A DNA stretch of 64,000 bases from an uncultured Eubacteriales bacterium (GCA_934444645.1 CAKSCV010000007.1:1447-65446); one strand, 5' to 3'. Shown: positions 8,938-18,473, numbered from the stretch's first letter. The notes: generated by a model not told the origin, from the sequence alone. Numbers and translations are program-made.

Positions 8938-10884
8938 CTATACGGCCTGTAAGGTTCTCAACTTGTAAAATTCGCCTTTCTTTTCCATCAGCTCGTCAAA
9001 TGTGCCCATTTCGACGCATTTTCCCTCTTTGATGACGGCGATCTTGTCGGCATTTTTTATCGTAGACAGCCGGTGCGCCACGATAAAGGTGGTGTGTCCG
9101 GCACTGAGGTTGTTGATGGCGTCCTGGATCTGGCGTTCCGAAACGCTGTCAAGTGCGCTGGTGGCTTCGTCGAGAATGATGACCTCGGGATTGCGGATGA
9201 TGGCGCGTGCAATTGAAAGCCGCTGGCGTTGGCCGCCCGAAAGGTTGGCTCCGTGTTCCTCAAGCGGCGTGTCCACGCCCTGCGGCAGGGAATGGATGAA
9301 CTCGGTAAGGCGTGCCGCTTCCAATGCCGCATACAGCTTTTCATCGGTAATGTTTTTTAAGCCATACGTGATGTTTTCCCGGATCGTGCCGGTAAATAAC
9401 ACGCTGTTCTGCGGCACGATGGAGATATGCCGGCGGTAGGCGTGCAGATCGATATCCGTGATATCGTGCCCATCCACCGTAAGCGTGCCGGATTTCGGCA
9501 GATTAAAGCCGATGATGAGATTGAGCAGCGTTGTTTTTCCCGAACCGGATTCGCCGACAAAGGCAACTGTTTCACCGGCGTTGACCTTGAGGTTCATACC
9601 GCGTAGCAGCGGTTGGTCGTCCTCATACGAGAAGTATACGTCCTTGAATTCGTAATCGCCCTTTAAGTCGGTCAGCTTGATTTTGCCGTTGTTGTCCTCG
9701 ATATCCATGGAGGAAAGGATCTCGCCGACCGAGGAAATCGATTCGAAGCCCTTGGTCAAAATCGGCAGCAGCCCGATGATGGACGAGACCTGCCCGGTAA
9801 GCATGGTGAAATATTGTTGATATAATGAAATATCGCCGACTAAGATCTTGCCGTTATACACCATGAACGCCGAGAATAACAGGCACAAAAACTGGAATAA
9901 CTGGAACATGACCCAGGAGATCGAGCCGAACAACGCCGTCACCATATCGAGCTTGAAGCCGGTGTTGGCAAGCGTGTTGAGAATGGAGGTCATTTTGTTG
10001 ACCTCTTTGTTTTCCAATGCATGGGCACGCGTGATGGGCGTCATTTCGACCATGTCCATTAGGTTTGCCGAGGTGTTTTCCATGTTTTTGCGGAACGAGC
10101 GGTTGGAGGAACCGATGGGTCTGCGGAACGCCCGGACGGTTGCCACGGCGCAGGGAATGCACAAAAGGAAGAATGCAAACACCGTGAGGTTGGAGGCAAG
10201 CACCACACAAAGCGCGGTGATCATGTTGATGATAATGCCGGGAATGGTGGTAAACAGGTGGGTAGACAGTTCATGAATGGTTTCCACGTCGCGCATGAGC
10301 TTGGATTGGATGCGGCCGGACTGCATTTCCTTGTGGAAGGTGATAGACAGCTGTTGGAGCTTACGCACCATGGCACCGCGAAGGCCGGCTTCCACCTTGC
10401 GCGAAACAATGCTGTGATATTTGATATGCAGCATGTGCGTCGGAATATTGAGGAAAAACAGCGTCGTCATGACGATGATGTACACGATGAGCCGGTGCGA
10501 AAAATCCGGCGTTGGGTGCGTAACAAGGTTGATGATCTTTGCCGTGACAATCGGCAGCGCGATGACCGGCAGGGTCTTGATGAAGTAGAAAAACAACGAA
10601 ATGAGAATTTCCGGCGTGTACTTTTTGTACATCTTAAAAAGGATCTTAAACGGTTTGTCACCCGACCGGATATAGGTGTCAATAAGCTCCTTTTCGAGAG
10701 CTTTGACTTCTTTGTCGGTAAAGACCTCGTCTTTTCCTTGGCTTTTGCGTGCGTTTTCCTTGGCTTCGGCCGGAGCCGGTGCGCCTTTGAAGCTTTTTTC
10801 GCTGCTGTCCCGCTGTTTTTTCATGGCGAGTTCCTCCGTGGAGCGTGTTTTTTGTGACACGGTCTTCCCGTTTTTGTTCGCCAT
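8938..10884 (-). CDS. ABC exporter, fused permease/ATPase (MsbA/type-1 exporter-like)
   Basis: Six-TM domain followed by Walker A GESGSGKTTL, signature LSGGQRQRLSIARA and Walker B VIILDEATSALD. Start trimmed to MANKNGKT, which avoids overlap with the 11006 gene. Confidence 0.85.
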   Translation of the reverse strand: MANKNGKTVSQKTRSTEELAMKKQRDSSEKSFKGAPAPAEAKENARKSQGKDEVFTDKEVKALEKELIDTYIRSGDKPFKILFKMYKKYTPEILISLFFYFIKTLPVIALPIVTAKIINLVTHPTPDFSHRLIVYIIVMTTLFFLNIPTHMLHIKYHSIVSRKVEAGLRGAMVRKLQQLSITFHKEMQSGRIQSKLMRDVETIHELSTHLFTTIPGIIINMITALCVVLASNLTVFAFFLLCIPCAVATVRAFRRPIGSSNRSFRKNMENTSANLMDMVEMTPITRAHALENKEVNKMTSILNTLANTGFKLDMVTALFGSISWVMFQLFQFLCLLFSAFMVYNGKILVGDISLYQQYFTMLTGQVSSIIGLLPILTKGFESISSVGEILSSMDIEDNNGKIKLTDLKGDYEFKDVYFSYEDDQPLLRGMNLKVNAGETVAFVGESGSGKTTLLNLIIGFNLPKSGTLTVDGHDITDIDLHAYRRHISIVPQNSVLFTGTIRENITYGLKNITDEKLYAALEAARLTEFIHSLPQGVDTPLEEHGANLSGGQRQRLSIARAIIRNPEVIILDEATSALDSVSERQIQDAINNLSAGHTTFIVAHRLSTIKNADKIAVIKEGKCVEMGTFDELMEKKGEFYKLRTLQAV

Positions 10885-11005
10885 TACCTTACCAAAATAA
10901 AACGTATTTGTCAAGGGGTAAATGCAAATTAAAAAAAGTTTTTTCGACACAAAAAATTCCTGCCGCATTTTGCATGTCACGGCAGGAAAAACAGAACCCG
11001 AAACG

Positions 11006-11656
11006 TTATTGCAGGGTCTTTTGATTAACGGCTGAAACCGGTGCTTTTTCGGGAATCGCGCTGTCATCCGAATTCGGGCGAAGCTCCTTTCCGACGCGCC
11101 GTATGCACTTGGCGGCGGCTTTGGCAAGCGCGTTCACGCCAGCCTTGCTCGGATGAATGTAATCGCCGCTGATAAAGCCCTCTTTGTTGGCGTTTATGAC
11201 GGCATATAAATCGTCTATAACAATATCTTCGCCGGAAAACGCTTCCAAAACGGCTTGGTTATAGGCTTTGATGATCTCGTTTTGTTGGGAGGCAAAGCGC
11301 GGATTGCTTTCGAAACGCTTGTTTTCGTCGGTCGGCGTGGTGGTAGCGAAAATGATTTTTGCGCCGGTAGCCTGCAAGGTCTTCAAAATGCGCTTCATGT
11401 AGAACACATAATGGTCAAGCGGCGTGAAGCTTTCGTTTTCGCCGAATAAGATGCCGGTGTCCCACAGACCGGCGTTGAAATGGATGATATCGGGCTTTGG
11501 AAAATCGTCAAACCAAAACCGAAGGCTGTTTGCCGCATAGGCGGCAAACCGGCAGTTTTCCGCCGGCGAATAGACCTGATAGGCGTCGCCCAACTCTTTT
11601 TTTAAGGCTTCCTCGTAGAACAGACGAATCGAATCGCCGATAAGAAGTACTTTCAT
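11006..11656 (-). CDS. SGNH/GDSL-type hydrolase
   Basis: MKVLLIGDSIR block I; C-terminal DYIHPS block V. Confidence 0.75.
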   Translation of the reverse strand: MKVLLIGDSIRLFYEEALKKELGDAYQVYSPAENCRFAAYAANSLRFWFDDFPKPDIIHFNAGLWDTGILFGENESFTPLDHYVFYMKRILKTLQATGAKIIFATTTPTDENKRFESNPRFASQQNEIIKAYNQAVLEAFSGEDIVIDDLYAVINANKEGFISGDYIHPSKAGVNALAKAAAKCIRRVGKELRPNSDDSAIPEKAPVSAVNQKTLQ

Positions 11657-11671
11657 AAACTATCCTCTTTT

Positions 11672-13303
11672 CTATATATTTCCGCTCTTGTCCACCGACA
11701 ATACCTTGCAGTACAAGCCTTCCTTTTCGGCTTCAAGCGGCAGACGGCAGGCGACGGTGGAGGCGATCTGATTTTCGCGCGACGGAACAAAATCCGCCTT
11801 TTTGTCTGCAAATATGCGGTAATAGCAGTGATTCGGGTCGGATACCGGTTCCCAGGTGAGCGTATGCGCCGAAACGGCTAGTCCGGCGGCACTTACCGTG
11901 TGCGTCTTTTCGAGATAATCGGTGGTGAAAAAGGTCACGCTTTCGGGTTTTAATTCATAAACGGCCGCGTTCGACTCTACAACTGCGGCAAAATCCGGCA
12001 GATCACAGAAGCGGTTGAACGGCACGTTTTTGGGGTCATATTCATACACGCGTATCGGCTTTGCGCCAAAAAGTGTGCTTTCCAATCTTACGGTGACCGG
12101 CTCCTTCCGGCGGTTGACAATGCCGACCGAAAGGGAACCGTCGCGGTTCAAGAGACCGCAGGTGCGAAGAAGCGCGTCGCATGACGTGACGTCAAGCACA
12201 TACGAATTCCGCTTGAAGAGCTTTATCATGGGTGCAACGCCGTAGTAATGGGCGCGTGCGCCGTAGTCCTTGGCGAAATCGTCCCATTTGGTGAAGCCGA
12301 ATTTGTTGTATTTGGTGTCGGTCGTACAGCTGAAAAAGCGTTCGGCTTCCGACCATTTCTCGGCATAGCTGCCGTGCTTGTTCGAATAGGCACAGGAAAA
12401 CGGGGCAGGGTGGTCGCAAAAAGACCAATAGCACAGTGCGAAAATGCCGGCATTGATGGCGGCAAACGCCATTTCGCAGAGCATTAACGCAGAAAAAGCG
12501 CATTCCTCCGGATTCTCAAAATATCGGTTGGTATCGATGACCGCACCTTCGTTAAAGCTTAGCTGACCGGCGTTTTTCTGAATGCCGACCTCGCCTAAAA
12601 TGACGCGTTTGCCGAAATTCCGGATGGCTTTGCCGACTATTTTTTCGCACTGCTCCTTAAAAAAACCGTAAAACGACAGGTCGCGGATATCGTGCGCGCG
12701 CTCATAGATGTGAACGCAATAATCCTCCGAAATATCCGCCATGTTTTCGATGGCCCAATCGACGGTTGACCAGTTTTCGTATTCCGACGCGTCGGTGGCA
12801 AGAAGTCCGATCGGAAGACCGCGCCTTTGGAAGGCGTCGTATAAATAGGTGTGGTATTTTTTGAAGGTCTCAAGGTCGTCCATCAGCACGCCCCACATGA
12901 CGCGCGACATTTCGTTGGAAAAACAGTAGTAGCGCAGGTGCCGGACATCTTTTTCAAAATAGAGATAGGCTAACCGGTCGGCAACGTCTTCAGCATAGTT
13001 TCTCATTTCGTCATCCGAAAAATGCAGCTTCCCGGCGGCGGGCGTGAGATACAGGGGCGTATCCGTCCACTTCTGCATTTGCGTATAATATTCGGCAAAT
13101 TCGTCCATGGCTTCTTTCGTCCAATCCGAAAAGCCACCAAAGGTACGCATAAAGCCGGGCGATATCTCACGGTAATTTTTGCAGATGATTTGGTTGAAAT
13201 GCTCTTTGTCCATGACGTGATACATGGTTGCGTCGTTGTTATGAAAGCCAAGTCCGCCGAAAAAGGCGGCATAGGGATTACGGCTTATGCGGATATCGGT
13301 CAT
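11672..13303 (-). CDS. Putative glycoside hydrolase (clan GH-A-like TIM barrel plus C-terminal beta-sandwich)
   Basis: 543 aa with an FSNEMS (Asn-Glu acid/base-like) motif and an ILGEVG (nucleophile-like) motif. Strong AAGGAG RBS. The family was not identified by eye. Confidence 0.5.
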   Translation of the reverse strand: MTDIRISRNPYAAFFGGLGFHNNDATMYHVMDKEHFNQIICKNYREISPGFMRTFGGFSDWTKEAMDEFAEYYTQMQKWTDTPLYLTPAAGKLHFSDDEMRNYAEDVADRLAYLYFEKDVRHLRYYCFSNEMSRVMWGVLMDDLETFKKYHTYLYDAFQRRGLPIGLLATDASEYENWSTVDWAIENMADISEDYCVHIYERAHDIRDLSFYGFFKEQCEKIVGKAIRNFGKRVILGEVGIQKNAGQLSFNEGAVIDTNRYFENPEECAFSALMLCEMAFAAINAGIFALCYWSFCDHPAPFSCAYSNKHGSYAEKWSEAERFFSCTTDTKYNKFGFTKWDDFAKDYGARAHYYGVAPMIKLFKRNSYVLDVTSCDALLRTCGLLNRDGSLSVGIVNRRKEPVTVRLESTLFGAKPIRVYEYDPKNVPFNRFCDLPDFAAVVESNAAVYELKPESVTFFTTDYLEKTHTVSAAGLAVSAHTLTWEPVSDPNHCYYRIFADKKADFVPSRENQIASTVACRLPLEAEKEGLYCKVLSVDKSGNI

Positions 13304-13406
13304 GCGGCAAGCTCCTTCAAGTGTGATTTTTATTTCATTATATCACACAAAGTCTCTGCATAAAAGGCATTATTTGTGCTAAAAATTGCACGATTCCGGT
13401 TTTATC

Positions 13407-13435
13407 TTGACATTTGCTCTCGCTTCGTCTATACT
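13407..13435 (+). promoter_or_regulatory. Sigma-70-type promoter for the AraC-family gene
   Basis: TTGACA, 17 nt spacer, TATACT. Confidence 0.55.
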
Positions 13436-13453
13436 CATAGCGGAGGGAAGAAA

Positions 13454-14263
13454 ATGGAGTTTTGCATTTTGGAGTGCCGCCGGTTTGTTGCGCCGGATCC
13501 GGGCGGTGCGGTCAAGCGCATTGTGCGCAACCATGAGTTTGATTTTTACAAAGACGGTGCGCGCACGGTGACCTTTGACGGCCGTGTGTATCCGGTTTCG
13601 GCAGGCAGTCTGTGCGTAAGGCGGCCGGGGCAGGTCTGTTCGGGCGTCGGCGATTACGACTGCTACCAGCTGACCGTGGATTTTTCCGGAAAAACGCCGC
13701 CGGAAAACTATCTCCGGCAAAAGTCGCTCGAAATCGAGGTTTGCAGAGAAAACCCGCTTGTTGACGGGTTGCCGGAGGTCTTTACGCCGCTGCACCGCAA
13801 GGAGATATCGGATCTGTTTGAAGCACTGTGTAAAGAGCCGGAGCGAGCTTCAGCGTCGGCGAAGCTTTTGGCAAGCGAACTGCTTTTTTTGATGAACGCT
13901 GACTGCTGCCATGAAAAGTATGTTCGGACACAGCCGGCCGATCCGGACGTTTTGCGTGCCGCCGCCTATATGCGGCAAAACCTAAAGGAGGCCATCACGC
14001 TTGATACGCTTTCGGCTTTGGTGCATTCCGAATCGTCCTATTTTGCGAAGCGTTTTAAGAAGGTTTACGCTAAAAGTCCGATTGAATATCTGATTGAAGA
14101 ACGGCTTGCGCAGGCGGCACTGTTGCTTGTCAACACCGGACTTACGGTGGAACAGATAGCCGCCGAATGCGGTTATCGTTCGACCTCGTTTTTTATCCGA
14201 CAGTTCAAGAGTCACTATGCCGTGCCGCCCGGAAAATACCGGAACGAACGGAGATTACGATAA
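13454..14263 (+). CDS. AraC family transcriptional regulator
   Basis: C-terminal double HTH: SYFAKRFKKVYAKSPIEYLIEERLAQAALLL ... GYRSTSFFIRQFKSHYAVPPGKYR. Divergent from the GH/SGNH genes. Confidence 0.85.
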   Translation: MEFCILECRRFVAPDPGGAVKRIVRNHEFDFYKDGARTVTFDGRVYPVSAGSLCVRRPGQVCSGVGDYDCYQLTVDFSGKTPPENYLRQKSLEIEVCRENPLVDGLPEVFTPLHRKEISDLFEALCKEPERASASAKLLASELLFLMNADCCHEKYVRTQPADPDVLRAAAYMRQNLKEAITLDTLSALVHSESSYFAKRFKKVYAKSPIEYLIEERLAQAALLLVNTGLTVEQIAAECGYRSTSFFIRQFKSHYAVPPGKYRNERRLR

Positions 14264-14265
14264 AG

Positions 14266-14300
14266 AAACGCCCGAAGCGATTGAAAAACTTCGGGCGTTT
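14266..14300. terminator. Bidirectional intrinsic terminator between convergent genes
   Basis: AAACGCCCGAAG / CTTCGGGCGTTT 12-bp stem flanked by A and T runs. Confidence 0.7.
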
Positions 14301-14302
14301 TG

Positions 14303-14845
14303 CTATGCGTTTGTTTCGGAAATCTGCGGTGTCGGCTCGGAAAAACCGGCCGTGGAAGCGTTTTCAAATGTCACCTTTTCGCGCAGGGCAAACAGGATGA
14401 TCGGCCGGGCAAGGCCAAGCGTTAAGGCACTTGCAATGGTGAAAACATCGCTGTATTTTTTTGACGCGCTTTTATAAACGACCGCCGCCATGAGAAGGTC
14501 AAATACAAAGCCTGCGACAAGACTTGCCACGAAGAGTGCGAAGCGAATATACGTGAGATACCGGTTTTCAAAGCGGCAGAACAGGCAGGCAAAGGCGAGG
14601 AAGTTGCATACCGCCGAAAGAATGCCGAGCGTGTTCTTTCCCGTGACTTTGCCGAACAGAACCTTATGGAAGAACGGGATCCAGGCCGTAAAGGCGTGGC
14701 GAAGCCCCTTCTTTTTTGCCATGCCGAAAAACGCAAGACTGTCAAAAATATAGGTGAGCACCATGCAGATGAAAATGCCGATAAGGATCGCCAAGAAGGT
14801 TAAATAGAAAACGCCTAAGACAAGAGCAATGCTGAAGCCTGCCAT
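14303..14845 (-). CDS. Integral membrane protein, unknown function
   Basis: 180 aa with 4-5 hydrophobic helices and a GGGAGG RBS. Confidence 0.6.
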   Translation of the reverse strand: MAGFSIALVLGVFYLTFLAILIGIFICMVLTYIFDSLAFFGMAKKKGLRHAFTAWIPFFHKVLFGKVTGKNTLGILSAVCNFLAFACLFCRFENRYLTYIRFALFVASLVAGFVFDLLMAAVVYKSASKKYSDVFTIASALTLGLARPIILFALREKVTFENASTAGFSEPTPQISETNA

Positions 14846-14872
14846 CGTATGTTCCTCCCTTTCGGTGGTTAT

Positions 14873-15985
14873 TTATTTCAAAAAGTTGCCTTTGGCTTTC
14901 AGGTATGCATTGATGAACTCATCGATATTGCCGTCCATGACCGACGAAATGTTTCCGTCTTCATAGCCGGTGCGTGCATCCTTGACAAGTGTGTACGGCA
15001 TGAACACGTAAGAGCGGATCTGCGAACCCCATTCAATGTTGAGCTTTTCGCCCTTGATATCGTCGATCTTGTCGAGCTTTTCGCGCTCTTTGATCTCAAG
15101 TAACTTTGCCTTGAGCATTTTCATGCAGGTTTCTTTGTTTTGCAGCTGACTGCGCTCGGTCTGACAGCCCACAACAATGCCGGTCGGCTTGTGAATGATA
15201 CGCACGGCTGAATCGGTCTTGTTGATGTGCTGACCGCCGGCACCGCTGGCACGGTGCGTTTCGATTTCAAGATCCTCGTCGCGGATCTCAATGCCGCTGT
15301 CGTCCTCCAATTCCGGCATGACCTCGACCGAAGCAAACGACGTGTGCCGTCTGCCCGAGGCATCAAAGGGCGACACGCGCACCAAACGGTGTACGCCGCC
15401 TTCGCTTTTGAGATATCCGTAGGCATAGTTGCCCGAAATGAGGATGGTCGCGCTCTTTAGCCCTGCTTCGTCGCCATCGAGGTAGTCAAGCAGCTTCACC
15501 TTAAAGCCGTGCTTTTCGGCATAGCGGCAATACATACGGTAGAGCATTTCCGCCCAGTCTTGCGCTTCCGTGCCGCCTGCGCCCGGATGGATCGAAAGAA
15601 TGCAGTTGTTTTTATCGAATTCGCCCGAAAGAAGAGTTTCGATGCGTTGGCGGTCATAGCTCTTTTGAAGTGCGGAAAGCTCGGATAAAATCTCCTCGGT
15701 AAAGCTTTCATCGTCCTCCGAAATGGCCATATCCACGAGATCGCCGAGGGCGCTCACGCCGTCGGCAAGCTCCTTGTAATCGCTGATTTTGGCTTTGGCG
15801 CCATTCAAGTCAGCCATTACGGTCTGAGCGTCCTCGCGGCCCCAGAATTCCGGTTCGCAGGTGACTTTTTCAAGCTCGTCGGCTTTGGCGCAAAGCTTGT
15901 CGTAGTCAAGCGCGTCGCGCAGCTCCTTCACGTCGGCGGCAAGCGTTCCTAAGGTTTGTTTGGCTTCTTCAAGTTGTACAATCAT
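14873..15985 (-). CDS. prfB: Peptide chain release factor 2, encoded without the programmed +1 frameshift
   Basis: SPF motif (VRVSPFDASGRRHTSF), GGQ motif (ASGAGGQHINKTDSAV) and an AGGAGA RBS. A single uninterrupted 370-aa frame. Confidence 0.95.
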   Translation of the reverse strand: MIVQLEEAKQTLGTLAADVKELRDALDYDKLCAKADELEKVTCEPEFWGREDAQTVMADLNGAKAKISDYKELADGVSALGDLVDMAISEDDESFTEEILSELSALQKSYDRQRIETLLSGEFDKNNCILSIHPGAGGTEAQDWAEMLYRMYCRYAEKHGFKVKLLDYLDGDEAGLKSATILISGNYAYGYLKSEGGVHRLVRVSPFDASGRRHTSFASVEVMPELEDDSGIEIRDEDLEIETHRASGAGGQHINKTDSAVRIIHKPTGIVVGCQTERSQLQNKETCMKMLKAKLLEIKEREKLDKIDDIKGEKLNIEWGSQIRSYVFMPYTLVKDARTGYEDGNISSVMDGNIDEFINAYLKAKGNFLK

Positions 15986-16021
15986 GAATGTATCTCCTAT
16001 TATAACAATTTCAAAACTGCT

Positions 16022-16447
16022 TTATGGTTTGGTGGATTCTTTTTGGCGTAAGGCATTCCATGCAGCTTTGGTGCAGAACACCGCGCCGATAAGCTCACAG
16101 AGAAAGAACAGCGGCACGCTGATAAAAAACGCATAAACACCGGTTTTTCCGGGCAGAATGCGCAGATGAAACAGACTCCATTCGGTGATTCCGCAGGCAA
16201 GCGCAAGGAAAAGAAACGTGCCTCCGGCTTTTCCGCAAAGCTTTCCGAAAAAGCCGATGCCGAGTGCGGCTGCGCACAAAAGCACGGAAACCGTGAGCCA
16301 CGCGCCGCTTTTTTTCACAAAAAAGCCGAGAACGCCGCCGAGACGGCCGCGGTTCCACGCATCAAGCAAAAAAACGGCTCGCAGCAAAAGATCGGCACAC
16401 AACACGCCCGATAAGAACGTGAAAATAAGCGTTTGTTTCTGCTTCAT
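16022..16447 (-). CDS. Small integral membrane protein, unknown function
   Basis: 141 aa with four hydrophobic helices. The start lies 3 nt after the mnmE stop, suggesting translational coupling. Confidence 0.55.
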   Translation of the reverse strand: MKQKQTLIFTFLSGVLCADLLLRAVFLLDAWNRGRLGGVLGFFVKKSGAWLTVSVLLCAAALGIGFFGKLCGKAGGTFLFLALACGITEWSLFHLRILPGKTGVYAFFISVPLFFLCELIGAVFCTKAAWNALRQKESTKP

Positions 16448-16450
16448 AGG

Positions 16451-17842
16451 CTATTTTCCCACGCAGAAATGCGAAAATATGGTGCTTACCACCTGCTCGG
16501 ACACCTGTCGGCCGTCAGCTTCGTTCAATGCACCGAGTGCTTCTTCCAGGTCAAGACCTGCCATGTCGCGCGTCAGTGCCCACAGGGCGTTCTTGGCGTT
16601 TTCCAGGCACGAGACCGCTTTTTGCACGGCGGCATACTGGCGGGCGTTGGTCAAAACCAAGCCGTGCTCCAACGCGTCGCTTGCGAGAGGGAACAGCGTA
16701 TGCAGGTGATTTTCCAATTCGTTTAAGCCGCCGTTTTGGGCGGAAATGGGCAGAATATGTGTAATCCCGGCGTCCTTTAAGGCGGTTTCCCACCGGTTTA
16801 TCTGTTCGCCCGAGGCGATATCGGTTTTGTTGATCAGGGCGATAACCGTCTTTTTTTCGGCCAACGCCGCAATCTGCGCGATAAAGGCGTTTTCTTCGGC
16901 GGTGATATCATCGCGTGAGCCGTCAAACACGGCAAAAATAAGCTCGCCTTCTTCGAGAGCTTGCTCCGACCGCTCCACGCCGATTTTTTCGACGGTGTCG
17001 GCGGTTTCGCGAATGCCTGCCGTGTCGGCAAGCCTTAGCTTGATGCCGGCGCATACGACATTTTCGGTGATGACATCGCGCGTGGTTCCGGCAATGTCGG
17101 TCACGATGGCGCGGTCATTTCCGGCAAGCAGATTGAAAAACGTGGATTTTCCGGTGTTGGGCGCACCGGTGATGACGGTATAAATGCCCTGCGTGACCGC
17201 GCGTCCGGCAGCATATGTGGCACAGAGCGCACGCAGTTCTTCCGAAAGCTGTTCGATCTGCTCTGCCATTTCGTCGTCTGTCACATCGCTCATGTCCTCG
17301 TCGGGATAGTCGATAAAGGCATAGACTGCGGCAAGAAGAGCGGTGATCTTATCCGCGGCAGCGCGGATCTTTTTTCCGAGTCCGCCTTCAAGCTGGGCGG
17401 AAAACAAGCGTAATTCATCAGCACTTTCAGCGTCGAGCAGATCACCGACCGCCTCGGCTTGGGTGAGGTCAAGCTTTCCGTTTATAAAGGCGCGCTTGGT
17501 AAATTCGCCGGGAAGTGCAGGCTTAGCGCCGGCGGCAAACAGTGCACCGAGAATGAGACTTGTGCCGACCGGACTGCCGTGACAGCTGATCTCGACGGTG
17601 TTTTCGCCGGTATAGGAATGCGGCGCACGGAACACGGTGGCAAGACCGGTGTCGATTTTCCTGCCGTCGGCGGCAAAGGCCGTGCCGAATACGGCAGATC
17701 GCGCCGGACAGTCTTGAAGTGCTTTGCCGTTTTTCGGACGAAAGACGGCGGAAGCGATTGTTACGGCATCATCGCCGGAAAGGCGGATAACGGCGACGCC
17801 GGCTTTGCCGGCACCGCTGGAAAGAGCCGCACAGGTGTGCAT
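16451..17842 (-). CDS. mnmE: tRNA uridine-5-carboxymethylaminomethyl modification GTPase MnmE
   Basis: G domain GAPNTGKSTFFN, DTAGIR, NKTD; C-terminal FCVGK. Start trimmed to MHTCAALSSG with a GAGGTAA RBS. The longer ORF-track N-terminus reads into the repeat element. Confidence 0.9.
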   Translation of the reverse strand: MHTCAALSSGAGKAGVAVIRLSGDDAVTIASAVFRPKNGKALQDCPARSAVFGTAFAADGRKIDTGLATVFRAPHSYTGENTVEISCHGSPVGTSLILGALFAAGAKPALPGEFTKRAFINGKLDLTQAEAVGDLLDAESADELRLFSAQLEGGLGKKIRAAADKITALLAAVYAFIDYPDEDMSDVTDDEMAEQIEQLSEELRALCATYAAGRAVTQGIYTVITGAPNTGKSTFFNLLAGNDRAIVTDIAGTTRDVITENVVCAGIKLRLADTAGIRETADTVEKIGVERSEQALEEGELIFAVFDGSRDDITAEENAFIAQIAALAEKKTVIALINKTDIASGEQINRWETALKDAGITHILPISAQNGGLNELENHLHTLFPLASDALEHGLVLTNARQYAAVQKAVSCLENAKNALWALTRDMAGLDLEEALGALNEADGRQVSEQVVSTIFSHFCVGK

Positions 17843-18098
17843 AACGGTTACCTCGTGAGATATTTTTGATAGGGTGCTTTTCGGTTTGCGAAAAGCACCG
17901 AAAGGCGGCGAAAAAGCACACGGAGTGTGCCGTCCCGGCAGGGACAAACTTTCCGAAAGGAAAGTTTCAAAGGCGGCATGGCCGCCGGAAGATGGCGCGA
18001 AGCGCAAAGATTTGTTGCGATAGCAACAAGGGATATGCCGTCTGCGGCGGCGAAAGGATTCAATTGGATTGCATGAGTTTGTTGTCTGTGTGTGCTGT

Positions 18099-18200
18099 TT
18101 CGAGGTTTGCAGAACCTCGAAGCTTTCTTAAAAAGGTTTTAATTGTTGCGGTGCGAAGCTGCAGCTGCGGTGGGCTGATTCGAGGTTTGCAGAACCTCGG
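18099..18200. repeat. Copy A left-arm hairpin units (two hairpins, 80-bp spacing)
   Basis: TTCGAGGTT-TGCAG-AACCTCGAA at 18099-18121, and again starting at 18179. Confidence 0.8.
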
Positions 18201-18294
18201 AGCTTCCCGGAAAGGGAACGGGTTTATTCTTTTCGCGTGTACGAAAAGAACCAAAAGTACACCAGAGGTTTGCGAACCTCTGGACTCCGGGGAC

Positions 18295-18408
18295 GATTCA
18301 AATCGCCGGTCGATACGTAATTTCCGCTAAAATAACCAGCCATCATCAGGTAACCGGTTTTGCGAAAAGCTGCAACTTCGCCGGGTATCGCCGGCAATGA
18401 TTTGAATC
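18295..18408. repeat. Long hairpin module H (copy A, left arm)
   Basis: GATTCAAATCGCCGGTCGATAC (18295-18316) pairs with GTATCGCCGGCAATGATTTGAATC (18385-18408). The stem is about 21 bp with small bulges and the loop about 68 nt. Confidence 0.75.
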
Positions 18409-18473
18409 GGTGCGACGTTCCGGCTTTACAGCACAAAATTAGAGCGAACAGCAAAAGAACAGCTGTATTCTTT

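Noticed and set aside
8938-11127. The 729-aa version of the ABC exporter ORF would start at 11127.
   Set aside because: The first 81 codons overlap the 3' end of the SGNH hydrolase gene and the intergenic region. The sequence there is not protein-like. The start at MANKNGKT (10884) gives a normal exporter.
17843-18007. The 518-aa version of the mnmE ORF would start at 18007.
   Set aside because: The extra 55 residues are translated from the hairpin-string repeat (the same pseudo-peptide ...GRHTPCAF... appears in ORFs of the other copies). The conserved MnmE N-terminus begins at MHTCAALSSGAGKAG with an RBS.
18099-18121. The repeat hairpin GAGGTTCTGCAAACCTC resembles the anticodon arm of the tRNA-Cys in this window (GAGGTCTGCAAAACCTT), suggesting a tRNA-derived element or decoy.
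   Set aside because: The most stable fold is a 9-bp stem with a 5-nt loop. The alternative 7-nt loop lacks U33 and the correct anticodon register. No other tRNA-like parts (D or T arms, acceptor) flank it. The similarity may be coincidental, so it is left as a curiosity only.
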